Part shown: positions 30,925 through 39,685 of the stretch, in pieces
Numbering within the stretch: the stretch's first letter is position 1
Layout: every line of letters begins with the position of its first letter
From: a virus
Strand: one strand, 5' to 3'
Virus record (IMG/VR): IMGVR_UViG_3300008110_000322
Location: 4,494 to 68,493 of that record
DNA length: 64,000 nt
Notes under the pieces: model-generated
What the model saw: the letters and a program-made list of their open reading frames with translations, nothing else
The model's database searches: none
What the model was told of the DNA's origin: nothing
Position numbers and translations under genes: made by a program

Positions 30925-31962
30925 ATGGCCGATCTTTTTAAGAAAAATGAGATCAAAGATCCTAACAATAAGTTAAAGAAATTTGCTAGTGCAGAACTTA
31001 ATCAGTTACCAGCACATAACAAAAAAGTAGCAACAGAATTAGAGAGAAGGAAAAAGGTGAAGGTAGACCTGCCTTATATACAGAAAGAAGAAATGACCCT
31101 TGTTCAAAAAATTCTGCAGGAGATGGGTTGTGGTTGTGATATGAAGAAGCACAAAACCCCAGAAGAAATTGCTGATAAGCATGGTAAATCAGTAAAATAC
31201 ATCAATAAGCAACTAAAAGCAGGTATTCAAGTAGAACACGAACACACTGATGATCAACATGAAGCAGAAGTTATTGCCCTTCAGCACCTTGCTGAACGTC
31301 CTGATTATTATGAGCGGCTGAAAAAAGTAGAAAAAGTAGATGAGGCGAAGAAAGAAGGAGATCCTTGCTGGAAAGGTTATGAGCAAGTAGGGATGAAGAA
31401 AAAAGGTGGTAAAAAGGTACCAAATTGCGTTCCTGTATCTGAAGCCTTCCGTCTTCCCGCTCAAAATGGACAACTTATGCACATTTTGCACTCTTGGAGA
31501 GGTAAAATGATGTCAACACAGCTATTTTTTCCTGCAGGTAGAGTACCTAGCCGTAGTGAAGTAGCTGAAGCTATCAATAAAGTTTATCCAGATAGCCGTT
31601 TACTTTCCTATCGTGCTGGCGATTTTGCTCCCGATCAGCCTCTCGTACAGGTTGGCAATAGTAAATCCAAGAATTATTTGATGAATAACGGCACCATTGG
31701 AGAAAGTGCTGCATGGACAAGAAAAGAAGGCAAGAATCAAGAAGGTGGCCTTAACGAAAAGGGTAGAAAATCCTACGAAAAAGAAAACCCTGGTAGTGAT
31801 CTAAAGCCCCCAGTTTCTGCTGAACAAGCAAAAAAGTCTCCTAAGTCAGCAGCCCGTCGTAAGTCTTTTTGCTCACGTATGAGCGGAATTGAAGGCCCGA
31901 TGAAAGATGAAAAAGGCCGTCCAACCCGCAAGGCACTCTCCCTAAGAAAGTGGGATTGTTGA
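30925..31962 (+). CDS. modular basic protein, putative internal head protein
   Basis: Modules GIQVEHEHT..IALQHLAERPDYY, PCWKGY..VPNCV and AAWTRKEGKN..RRKSFCSRM..LRKWDC; ATAAATA at 30894-30900 upstream. Confidence 0.7.
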   Translation: MADLFKKNEIKDPNNKLKKFASAELNQLPAHNKKVATELERRKKVKVDLPYIQKEEMTLVQKILQEMGCGCDMKKHKTPEEIADKHGKSVKYINKQLKAGIQVEHEHTDDQHEAEVIALQHLAERPDYYERLKKVEKVDEAKKEGDPCWKGYEQVGMKKKGGKKVPNCVPVSEAFRLPAQNGQLMHILHSWRGKMMSTQLFFPAGRVPSRSEVAEAINKVYPDSRLLSYRAGDFAPDQPLVQVGNSKSKNYLMNNGTIGESAAWTRKEGKNQEGGLNEKGRKSYEKENPGSDLKPPVSAEQAKKSPKSAARRKSFCSRMSGIEGPMKDEKGRPTRKALSLRKWDC

Positions 31963-31994
31963 TATTAAATAATAAATCTAAAGTATAATATTGC

Positions 31995-34106
31995 GTGGGA
32001 AAATCTAACGATGTTTATCTTGGTAATCCGCTCCTAAAAAGAGCGCATACTGAGGGTGAGCTTACATACGAGCAAATCATTGAGCTAGCTAGATGTGAGC
32101 AAGATCCATTATATTTTGCAAGCAATTATATCCAGATTGTTACGCTAGATCATGGTCTGCAGCCATTTTCTCTTTATAAGTTCCAAGAGAAGATGTTGCG
32201 GACTTTTCATGATAACCGCTTCATTATTTGTAAACTTCCCAGACAGCCCCTAGCTCTTGATACTCCGGTACCTACACCAAGAGGGTGGACTACTATCGGT
32301 AAATTAAAAGTAGGAGATAGGGTATTTTCTTCTGCCGGCCAGGTAACAAGGGTTGTTGCAAAATCAGAAACTTATACCGATGCCGAATGTTATAGAATAA
32401 GTTTTGATTGTGAAGAGAGTATTGTTGTAGAATCTGACCACTTGTGGGAACTGTTCCTTAATGGTGAGAAAGTAATTAAGACAACCGCACAGTTGTTTCA
32501 AAATAGACACAATAATTATACTTTAAAAAGAGCGCCATTAAAAGGAAAAAATAAAAGGTTTCCAGAAAACTGGAATAATGAAATCACTATCACTTCAATA
32601 GAAAGGACAGATACTGTCCCGGTTGCATGTATTGAAGTCAAAGATGATACACACATGTTCTTATGTGGTAAAAACTTTATCCCACAAAAGAACTGTGGTA
32701 AATCAACTACTGTTGTATCTTACCTGATCCATTCATTGATTTTCAATGAGAAATTCTCCATTGCTATTCTAGCTAACAAGGCTAGTACAGCAAAGGATCT
32801 GTTAGCTCGGCTTGCAGTAAGTTATGAAAACCTACCAAAATGGATTCAAGCTGGTGTTAAATCTTGGAATAAAACTTCAGTAGAGCTTGAAAATGGTTCT
32901 AAAGTAATGGCGGCATCTACCTCAGCTTCTGCTGTGCGGGGTGGATCTTACAACATCATTTTCCTTGACGAGTTTGCATTCGTTCCAAACCAGATTGCGG
33001 CAAACTTTATGAACTCTGTCTATCCTACCATTACTTCAGGTGATAACTCCAAAGTTATCATTGTAAGTACCCCTAATGGTATGAATCTTTATTATAAAAT
33101 GTGGGACGATGCCCTCAATAAGAGAAATGAATATGTTCCTATTGAGATCAACTGGAATGATGTGCCAGGTAGGGACGATGAATGGCGTAGATCCGTTATT
33201 TCTAACATTGGTGAGCTTGCATTTGAACAAGAATTTGTCTGTTCATTCCTTGGATCTTCTAACACACTGATTTCTGGTAGTAAATTAGGGGCGATGAAGT
33301 TTGATAAGCCGATTAAATCCAGAAATAGTCTTGATGTTTATGAAGAACCAATAAAAGATCATGCTTATGTACTCACTGTTGACGTTGCTAGGGGTGTTAA
33401 TAAGGACTATTCCGCTTTTTCTGTTATTGATATCACAAAAATGCCCTATAAACAGGTGGCAAAATATCGTGATAATCAGATTAAACCTTTGATGTTCCCT
33501 TATGTAATCAAGGACGTAGCTGAACATTATAATAGAGCTTATATTCTATGTGAAGTTAATGACGTTGGAGATCAGGTTGCAACTGGTCTGCATGATGAGC
33601 TTGAATACGACAACATGTTGATGTGTAGCGTTAGTAGCAGAAAAGGCCAAGTTGTAGGCCAAAACTTCTCCGAAAAGGCTGCATGGGGCGTTAAGATGCA
33701 GAAGAATGTTAAGCGAATTGGTTGTCTTAACCTAAAAGCTCTAATTGAAGAAGATAAGCTCCTTATTAACGATCTTGATACAATCAATGAGCTAACCACA
33801 TTTATTGCGAAAGCTGGATCTTGGGAAGCGGATGACGGTAAAAACGATGATTTAGTAATTACTCTTATCATTTTTGCCTGGCTCTGCACGAACCAATACT
33901 TCAAGGATTTACAGGATCAAGACCTTAGAAAGAAGCTATTTGAAGAAAAAATGGCTAACGAAGAAGATGATATGCTACCTTTCGGGTTTGTGGATCTTCA
34001 GATAGAAGGTGATGCTAGTCAGGACTCAGAAGGTAATCTTTGGATGGCTGCCAACCCAGAAAGAGAGGTAGAACATCTGGCTCAACTCTGGGAATATTTC
34101 TATTAA
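31995..34106 (+). CDS. g17: terminase large subunit gp17 (intein-containing)
   Basis: YLGNPLLKRA, Walker A PRQ|CGKSTT, IFLDEFAF, IIVSTPNG, VDVARG...DYS and NDDLV nuclease motifs; GTG start. Confidence 0.96.
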   Translation: MGKSNDVYLGNPLLKRAHTEGELTYEQIIELARCEQDPLYFASNYIQIVTLDHGLQPFSLYKFQEKMLRTFHDNRFIICKLPRQPLALDTPVPTPRGWTTIGKLKVGDRVFSSAGQVTRVVAKSETYTDAECYRISFDCEESIVVESDHLWELFLNGEKVIKTTAQLFQNRHNNYTLKRAPLKGKNKRFPENWNNEITITSIERTDTVPVACIEVKDDTHMFLCGKNFIPQKNCGKSTTVVSYLIHSLIFNEKFSIAILANKASTAKDLLARLAVSYENLPKWIQAGVKSWNKTSVELENGSKVMAASTSASAVRGGSYNIIFLDEFAFVPNQIAANFMNSVYPTITSGDNSKVIIVSTPNGMNLYYKMWDDALNKRNEYVPIEINWNDVPGRDDEWRRSVISNIGELAFEQEFVCSFLGSSNTLISGSKLGAMKFDKPIKSRNSLDVYEEPIKDHAYVLTVDVARGVNKDYSAFSVIDITKMPYKQVAKYRDNQIKPLMFPYVIKDVAEHYNRAYILCEVNDVGDQVATGLHDELEYDNMLMCSVSSRKGQVVGQNFSEKAAWGVKMQKNVKRIGCLNLKALIEEDKLLINDLDTINELTTFIAKAGSWEADDGKNDDLVITLIIFAWLCTNQYFKDLQDQDLRKKLFEEKMANEEDDMLPFGFVDLQIEGDASQDSEGNLWMAANPEREVEHLAQLWEYFY
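32247..32693 (+). mobile_element. 149-aa mini-intein (class 3-like) in gp17 Walker A
   Basis: Insert PLALDTPVPTPRGWTTIGKLKVGDRV...SDHLW...VACIEV..HMFLCGKNFIPQKN followed by +1 Cys; removal restores KLPRQCGKSTT. Confidence 0.92.
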
Positions 34107-34130
34107 AGTATAATCAAAACCCCATTTTTT

Positions 34131-34137
34131 CTAAATA
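34131..34137 (+). promoter_or_regulatory. late promoter (CTAAATA) for g18
   Basis: Intergenic motif upstream of the GGGGAG RBS. Confidence 0.75.
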
Positions 34138-34171
34138 ATCTTTAGAACACTGTATTATTGGGGAGTAATAG

Positions 34172-36313
34172 ATGGCAACGCCACAACTATCACCGGGAGT
34201 TTTAATAAGGGAGGTTGACTTAACTGTTGGCCGTGCGGATAACGTATTAGATAACATTGGCGCTATTGTAATGCCTGCGCCACAGGGTCCAGTGTCTGAG
34301 CCTGTAGACATTGTTACTGAGCAAGATCTAATTAACGTATTTGGTAAGCCCCTAAACACCGATAGCCAGTATGAATACTGGATGAGCGCGAGTTCATTTT
34401 TGACCTATGGTGGTGTTCTTAAGGTAGTAAGAGCCGATGGTAGCAATTTAGTTAACGCTAACGCTGCTCGCAATGCAAGTGGTGTTTCTACTGTAGGTGC
34501 TCCTGCCCTAAAGATCCCTAATTTTGACTACTACGAAGCAAATATTGCAGACGAAGATTCTGTAAACTACGTATTTGCTGCCAAAAACCCCGGTGAGTGG
34601 GCTAATAACCTTAAGGTTTGCGTCATTGACGGTCGTGCCGACCAAATTATTTCCGTTGGCACTACAGCTTCTCTACTTGCAACCGTAGGTACCGCTGCTA
34701 CCGTTCCTGTTAATAACGTAACCATTGGATTTGGTACTACTTCAACCTTCACTGGTTATCTAAAGGCTGTCATTACCGGCATCAACACTGGCTCTGGTAC
34801 CCTTGATGTTAAACTGGTATCTAAAGTAGCTTCTGGTAGCACTACTGAGACTCCAATTGTTTATGCCCAGAAAGATCCTCTTGCTTCTTTCGGTAGCACC
34901 ACGGTATCTTTCGGTAGCACTGCTGTTCCCATTAGCCAGACACAAGATTGGTACGACCAACAAACTCTAGGACTAACCAATACTACGGTATATTGGAGAT
35001 CCATTGCTCCACGTCCCACCACAACTCAATACACTCTTGATCGTGATGGTCTCAATGACGAGATCCACGTTGTAGTGTTTGATGATACTGGTAAGCTAAC
35101 TGGTATTCAGGGTAATCTACTTGAGAAGCACATTGGTCTTTCCAAGGCTACTGACGCTGTAAGTGCTGTAAACTCACCACAAAAGATCTTCTGGAAGAGC
35201 TACTTGGCTCAATATTCCAATTATGTTTATGCTGGCGATAACCCATCAGATAACGGCAATAATGAGGTTGTTTATCAAACTAACGTAGGTCTTTCTACCG
35301 CTGCTGGTTTGTGGAATCTCCCTGCTCAAAGTAAGACTTTCTCTGCTCTCGGTAACGTAACTTATAACCTAAGCGGTGGTAAGGATTACGGTGCTAGCGG
35401 CAGTATGGCTGCTACTCTAGGTGATATCATCAATGGTTATAGACTATTCTCTAACAAGGATGAAATTCAAGTTGATTACCTGATCAATGGCCCTGGCTTC
35501 AATAGCAAGTTTGAATCACAAGCTAAGGCTCAAGAGCTTATTTCTATTGCTGGTCAGCGTAAAGATTGTATTGCAGTAGTTTCACCACATCGTACTGATG
35601 TTGTTGATATTACTAACTCCGATACTCAGACTGACAACATTATTGAGTTCTTCTCAAGTCTAGCAAGTTCTTCCTACGCTATTTTTGATAGTGGCTATAA
35701 GTATTCTTATGATCGCTTCAATAACAAGTTCCGTTACATCCCATGTAACGCCGACGTTGCTGGTCTCTGTGTAAGAACCGCCATTAACTCTTATCCATGG
35801 TTCTCCCCCGCAGGACAGCAGAGAGGCATTTTAAACAATGCTATTAAGCTGGCCTACAACCCAAACAAAGCTCAGAGAGATCAACTGTATCCACTACGTA
35901 TTAACTCCATTGTTAACCAGCCTGGTATTGGTATTCTACTCTTTGGTGATAAGACCGCTCTAGGATATGCATCTGCATTTGATCGTATTAACGTTCGCAG
36001 ACTATTCCTAACTGTAGAGCAAGCGCTTGAGAGAACTGCTCAAGCTCAACTGTTTGAGTTGAATGATCAGATCACTCGGGCAAACTTTGTTAACATTGTT
36101 GAGCCTTATCTAAGAGATGTTCAGGCAAAACGAGGTATTTACGACTTCCGTGTAATTTGCGATGAAACCAATAACACTCCAGATGTTATTGATAATAATG
36201 AATTCAGAGCTGACATTTTCCTTAAGCCAACTAAGTCCATCAACTATGTAACCCTAACATTTGTTGCAACTCGTACTGGAGTTGCCTTTGAAGAAGTTAC
36301 TGGTCGGGTTTGA
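34172..36313 (+). CDS. g18: tail sheath protein gp18
   Basis: LSPGVLIREVDLT, PWFSPAGQQRG and FDRINVRRLF motifs. Confidence 0.97.
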   Translation: MATPQLSPGVLIREVDLTVGRADNVLDNIGAIVMPAPQGPVSEPVDIVTEQDLINVFGKPLNTDSQYEYWMSASSFLTYGGVLKVVRADGSNLVNANAARNASGVSTVGAPALKIPNFDYYEANIADEDSVNYVFAAKNPGEWANNLKVCVIDGRADQIISVGTTASLLATVGTAATVPVNNVTIGFGTTSTFTGYLKAVITGINTGSGTLDVKLVSKVASGSTTETPIVYAQKDPLASFGSTTVSFGSTAVPISQTQDWYDQQTLGLTNTTVYWRSIAPRPTTTQYTLDRDGLNDEIHVVVFDDTGKLTGIQGNLLEKHIGLSKATDAVSAVNSPQKIFWKSYLAQYSNYVYAGDNPSDNGNNEVVYQTNVGLSTAAGLWNLPAQSKTFSALGNVTYNLSGGKDYGASGSMAATLGDIINGYRLFSNKDEIQVDYLINGPGFNSKFESQAKAQELISIAGQRKDCIAVVSPHRTDVVDITNSDTQTDNIIEFFSSLASSSYAIFDSGYKYSYDRFNNKFRYIPCNADVAGLCVRTAINSYPWFSPAGQQRGILNNAIKLAYNPNKAQRDQLYPLRINSIVNQPGIGILLFGDKTALGYASAFDRINVRRLFLTVEQALERTAQAQLFELNDQITRANFVNIVEPYLRDVQAKRGIYDFRVICDETNNTPDVIDNNEFRADIFLKPTKSINYVTLTFVATRTGVAFEEVTGRV

Positions 36314-36344
36314 TTTACTAAAACTATAAGGAGGAACAACTAAA

Positions 36345-36986
36345 ATGTCTACTTTACGCACTATTACCGGATTTAAAGAGCGCCTCCAAGGTGGTGGCGC
36401 CCGTAGTAACCTCTTTGAGGTTAGTATCCCTGCCTTCCCCCCTGACCTAGGTATTACTTGGGGTTCAGAGGAAATCAAAACCTTCAACTTCCTTTGTAAG
36501 GCAACCAGCCTTCCACAATCTAACGTGAACGCCATTGAGGTAAACTTCCGTGGTCGTGCCCTTAAGGTTGCTGGTGATCGTACTATTGAGCCATGGTCTG
36601 TTACTATCATCAACGATGAAGACTTCAGACTACGTACTGCGTTTGAGCAGTGGGCTAACGCTATCAACAAACTAGATAACGCTACTGGTGCTACTCGCCC
36701 AGCTTCCTACATGACCGATGCCTTTGTGTATCAACTAGGTCGTGGTGCTGATTTGGGTAGATTCTCAACCAACAACTCACAGATTTTCCCTGAAGGACAA
36801 ATTCCCCCACTAAGAACCTACAAGTTCTATGATATTTGGCCTTCTAATGTGAGCGCTATTGACATTTCATATGACAATAACGACCAGATTGAAGAGTTTA
36901 CTGTTGACTTCCAAGTTCAGTGGTTCTCTATTGGTGAGTCTACTGGCGGCGCTGCTGCAGACCAGGCTAACGCTACTATCCGATAA
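36345..36986 (+). CDS. g19: tail tube protein gp19
   Basis: GGGARSNLFEV, FRGRALKVAGDRT and IEEFTVDFQVQW motifs. Confidence 0.96.
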   Translation: MSTLRTITGFKERLQGGGARSNLFEVSIPAFPPDLGITWGSEEIKTFNFLCKATSLPQSNVNAIEVNFRGRALKVAGDRTIEPWSVTIINDEDFRLRTAFEQWANAINKLDNATGATRPASYMTDAFVYQLGRGADLGRFSTNNSQIFPEGQIPPLRTYKFYDIWPSNVSAIDISYDNNDQIEEFTVDFQVQWFSIGESTGGAAADQANATIR

Positions 36987-37017
36987 CTAAATAGTTCTAC
37001 TAAAAATGTAGAACTAT
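36987..37017 (+). promoter_or_regulatory. late promoter overlapping a 10-bp perfect inverted repeat
   Basis: CTAAATA at 36987-36993; ATAGTTCTAC (36991-37000) and GTAGAACTAT (37008-37017). Confidence 0.65.
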
Positions 37018-37024
37018 ATTTTTC

Positions 37025-38725
37025 ATGGCTAAATTATTTGGTTTTTCTATTGATGATAACGAAAAACTAACACCATCTACATTGTCCCCCGTTCCTCCCA
37101 ATGATGAGGACGGGGTTGATCATTATGTGACTTCTGGCTTTTTCGGATCACATATAGATATTGAAGGTGTTTATAGAACGGAGTTTGATTTAATCAAACG
37201 ATACCGTGAAATGTCTTTGCACCATGAAGTTTCCAATGCGATTGAGGATATCGTAAATGAGGCCATTGTATCTGACACCAATGATTCTCCAATAAAGATT
37301 GAGCTTTCTAATCTAAATGCAAGCGAAGAATTAAAAGAGATCGTCAGGGGAGAATTTAAGACTATTCTGGAGCTTCTTGACTTTGACAAGAAAGCTCATG
37401 AGATTTATCGTAACTGGTATATTGACGGTAGACTCTATTATCATAAGGTAATTGACTTAAAGAAACCCACAGACGGAATTAAAGAACTAAGGTACATTGA
37501 TGCCATGAAGATGCGTCATGTACGTAGAGCAAAGGGAGAAGATAAGAGTAGACAGATTCTTAAGACAAACATCAAAGGAGAAGTCAATCCTATGGATTTA
37601 GCTTTCCCTGAAATTGAAGAGTATTTTGTATATCATCCAAGAGCAGAAAACCCAATCGGAACTCCGACAACTGGACAAACTGCTGGCTCTGATGCTGGTA
37701 TTAAGTTTACGAAAGATTCAATCACTTATTGCACATCTGGACTTGTAGACCGCAATAAAGGCACTACTCTTTCATATCTTAATATCGCAATTAAGCCTCT
37801 TAACCAACTAAGGATGATTGAGGATGCTATTGTTATCTATCGTTTGACTCGCAGTGTTGAGCGTAGAATTTTCTACATTGATGTGGGAAATCTACCTAAG
37901 GCAAAGGCAGAGCAGTTCCTACGTGAAACTATGCTCCGCTATCGCAACAAACTAAACTATAACTCAACCACAGGTGAAATCACTGACGGTAAGCGGTTTA
38001 TGTCTATGATGGAAGACTTCTTCCTTCCTAGACGTGAAGGTGGTAGGGGTACTGAGATTACGACTCTCCCACCCGGCCAGAACCTTGGGGAACTAACCGA
38101 TCTAAACTATTTCAAGAAAGAACTGTACAAAGCTCTTGAGATTCCCAGTTCTCGTATTGATGGTGATGGTGGGTTTAACCTCGGTAGGTCATCAGAGATC
38201 CTGAGAGACGAGGTTAAATTCTCTAAATTCGTAGGCCGTTTAAGAAAAAGGTTCTCAACCCTATTCATTGATCTCCTCAGGACTCAGCTTCTATTAAAGA
38301 ACATCGTAACCCCAGAAGACTGGGATCGGATGGTAGAGCACATCCAGTTTGATTTCCTTTATGATAATCACTTCGCGGAACTTAAGGAAGCTGAGCTTCT
38401 GTCTGAGAGATTAAATATTGTTTCTCTTGCTGAACCTTATGTTGGTAAGTATTTCTCACAAGATTATCTGCGTCGTAATATCTTGAAGCAGACTGACGAA
38501 GAGATCGTTGAACAAGATAAGCTCATTCAAAAAGAAATTGAAGATGGTATAATTCCAGATCCAGCTACTATTGATCCTACTACAGGGATGCCTTATCCAG
38601 AAGTTCCACCAGAAGGAGGAGATCCAGGGAATAATATTCAAGGTGATGGAGGTAAGATTCCCGTAGATCCTCAAGTTGATGCAGCTTCAGTAGAAGCGCC
38701 AAAGGTTAAGGGAGCAGAGATCTAA
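37025..38725 (+). CDS. g20: portal vertex protein gp20
   Basis: WYIDGRLYYHK, RRIFYIDVGNLPK and PRREGGRGTEITTLP motifs. Confidence 0.97.
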   Translation: MAKLFGFSIDDNEKLTPSTLSPVPPNDEDGVDHYVTSGFFGSHIDIEGVYRTEFDLIKRYREMSLHHEVSNAIEDIVNEAIVSDTNDSPIKIELSNLNASEELKEIVRGEFKTILELLDFDKKAHEIYRNWYIDGRLYYHKVIDLKKPTDGIKELRYIDAMKMRHVRRAKGEDKSRQILKTNIKGEVNPMDLAFPEIEEYFVYHPRAENPIGTPTTGQTAGSDAGIKFTKDSITYCTSGLVDRNKGTTLSYLNIAIKPLNQLRMIEDAIVIYRLTRSVERRIFYIDVGNLPKAKAEQFLRETMLRYRNKLNYNSTTGEITDGKRFMSMMEDFFLPRREGGRGTEITTLPPGQNLGELTDLNYFKKELYKALEIPSSRIDGDGGFNLGRSSEILRDEVKFSKFVGRLRKRFSTLFIDLLRTQLLLKNIVTPEDWDRMVEHIQFDFLYDNHFAELKEAELLSERLNIVSLAEPYVGKYFSQDYLRRNILKQTDEEIVEQDKLIQKEIEDGIIPDPATIDPTTGMPYPEVPPEGGDPGNNIQGDGGKIPVDPQVDAASVEAPKVKGAEI

Positions 38726-38728
38726 ATA
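38722..38728 (+). promoter_or_regulatory. late promoter (CTAAATA) for NDP-sugar genes
   Basis: Overlaps the g20 stop, 24 nt before the 38753 ATG. Confidence 0.6.
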
Positions 38729-38752
38729 AAAAATCTTTGAATCCCTTATAAC

Positions 38753-39685
38753 ATGAAAAATAAAAGAATTTTCATTACCGGGGGAACTGGATTCCTTGGT
38801 AGAGCATTGATTGGCAAATATTATGATAACAATACAATTACTGTTTATTCTAGAGACGAGGCAAAGCAATATTATTTGCAGAAACAGTTTCCAAGAATAA
38901 ACTGTGTTTGCGGTGATGTTAGAAATTATGATCTAATGCAAAGGGCAAGCAGAAATCATGATGTTGGTATTTTTACTGCGTCTTTTAAGCAAATTCAAGC
39001 TTGCCATGATAACTATGAAGAAGCAAATCAGGTAATTGTTCAGGGGGCATTCAATAGCCGTCGTTGTGCTGAAGAAAATGAGTTTGAATCAGCATGTTTT
39101 ATTTCCAGTGACAAGAGCCGATCTGCCACGACGATTTATGGGGCAATGAAATATGTTGCTGGTGAATCCTTCATTTCTAATAATCAAAAATCAAACGTAA
39201 GGCTCAGCACTGCCCTTTATGGGAATGTGTTGAATAGCACTGGTAGTATTATCCCGTTGATCTGGAAAAGCTTAAAAGATGGATTCAGTCTGAATCTCTA
39301 TGGGGAAGACATGACTAGATTCTTTATTGATGTTGAAGATGCAGCATCTATGATTGAATCGGCATTAAAATATGATGGGTATAATGTAATCCCCATCCTT
39401 CAGAGCATGAGAATCCTAGATCTATTTGAGATCTTTAAAGAGGAATTTGGATTAAAATATACAGTTTCGCGCCCAAGAGCTTGTGAAAAAACCCATGAAA
39501 TTATGGCGTCTCAAGATGAAATACCTAGAATTACAAAGCAAAATAACCTATACTTAATGCATCAAAATTTGATATATAATGAGGTTAATTTTCCAGATAA
39601 TCAGTATTCTTCTAAGGATTCTGTAATTAACAAAGAAGAACTACGTAGTTTTTTACGGTCAAAAAATTTCTATAAGCCAGAATGA
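38753..39685 (+). CDS. UDP-GlcNAc 4,6-dehydratase (PseB/FlaA1/CapE-type SDR)
   Basis: ITGGTGFLG, YSRDEAKQ, GDVRN, SSDK, YGAMK and YGNVLNSTGSIIP motifs. Confidence 0.85.
   Translation: MKNKRIFITGGTGFLGRALIGKYYDNNTITVYSRDEAKQYYLQKQFPRINCVCGDVRNYDLMQRASRNHDVGIFTASFKQIQACHDNYEEANQVIVQGAFNSRRCAEENEFESACFISSDKSRSATTIYGAMKYVAGESFISNNQKSNVRLSTALYGNVLNSTGSIIPLIWKSLKDGFSLNLYGEDMTRFFIDVEDAASMIESALKYDGYNVIPILQSMRILDLFEIFKEEFGLKYTVSRPRACEKTHEIMASQDEIPRITKQNNLYLMHQNLIYNEVNFPDNQYSSKDSVINKEELRSFLRSKNFYKPE

Noticed and set aside
32247-32693. Homing endonuclease within the intein
   Set aside because: Only 149 aa, with no LAGLIDADG or HNH motif
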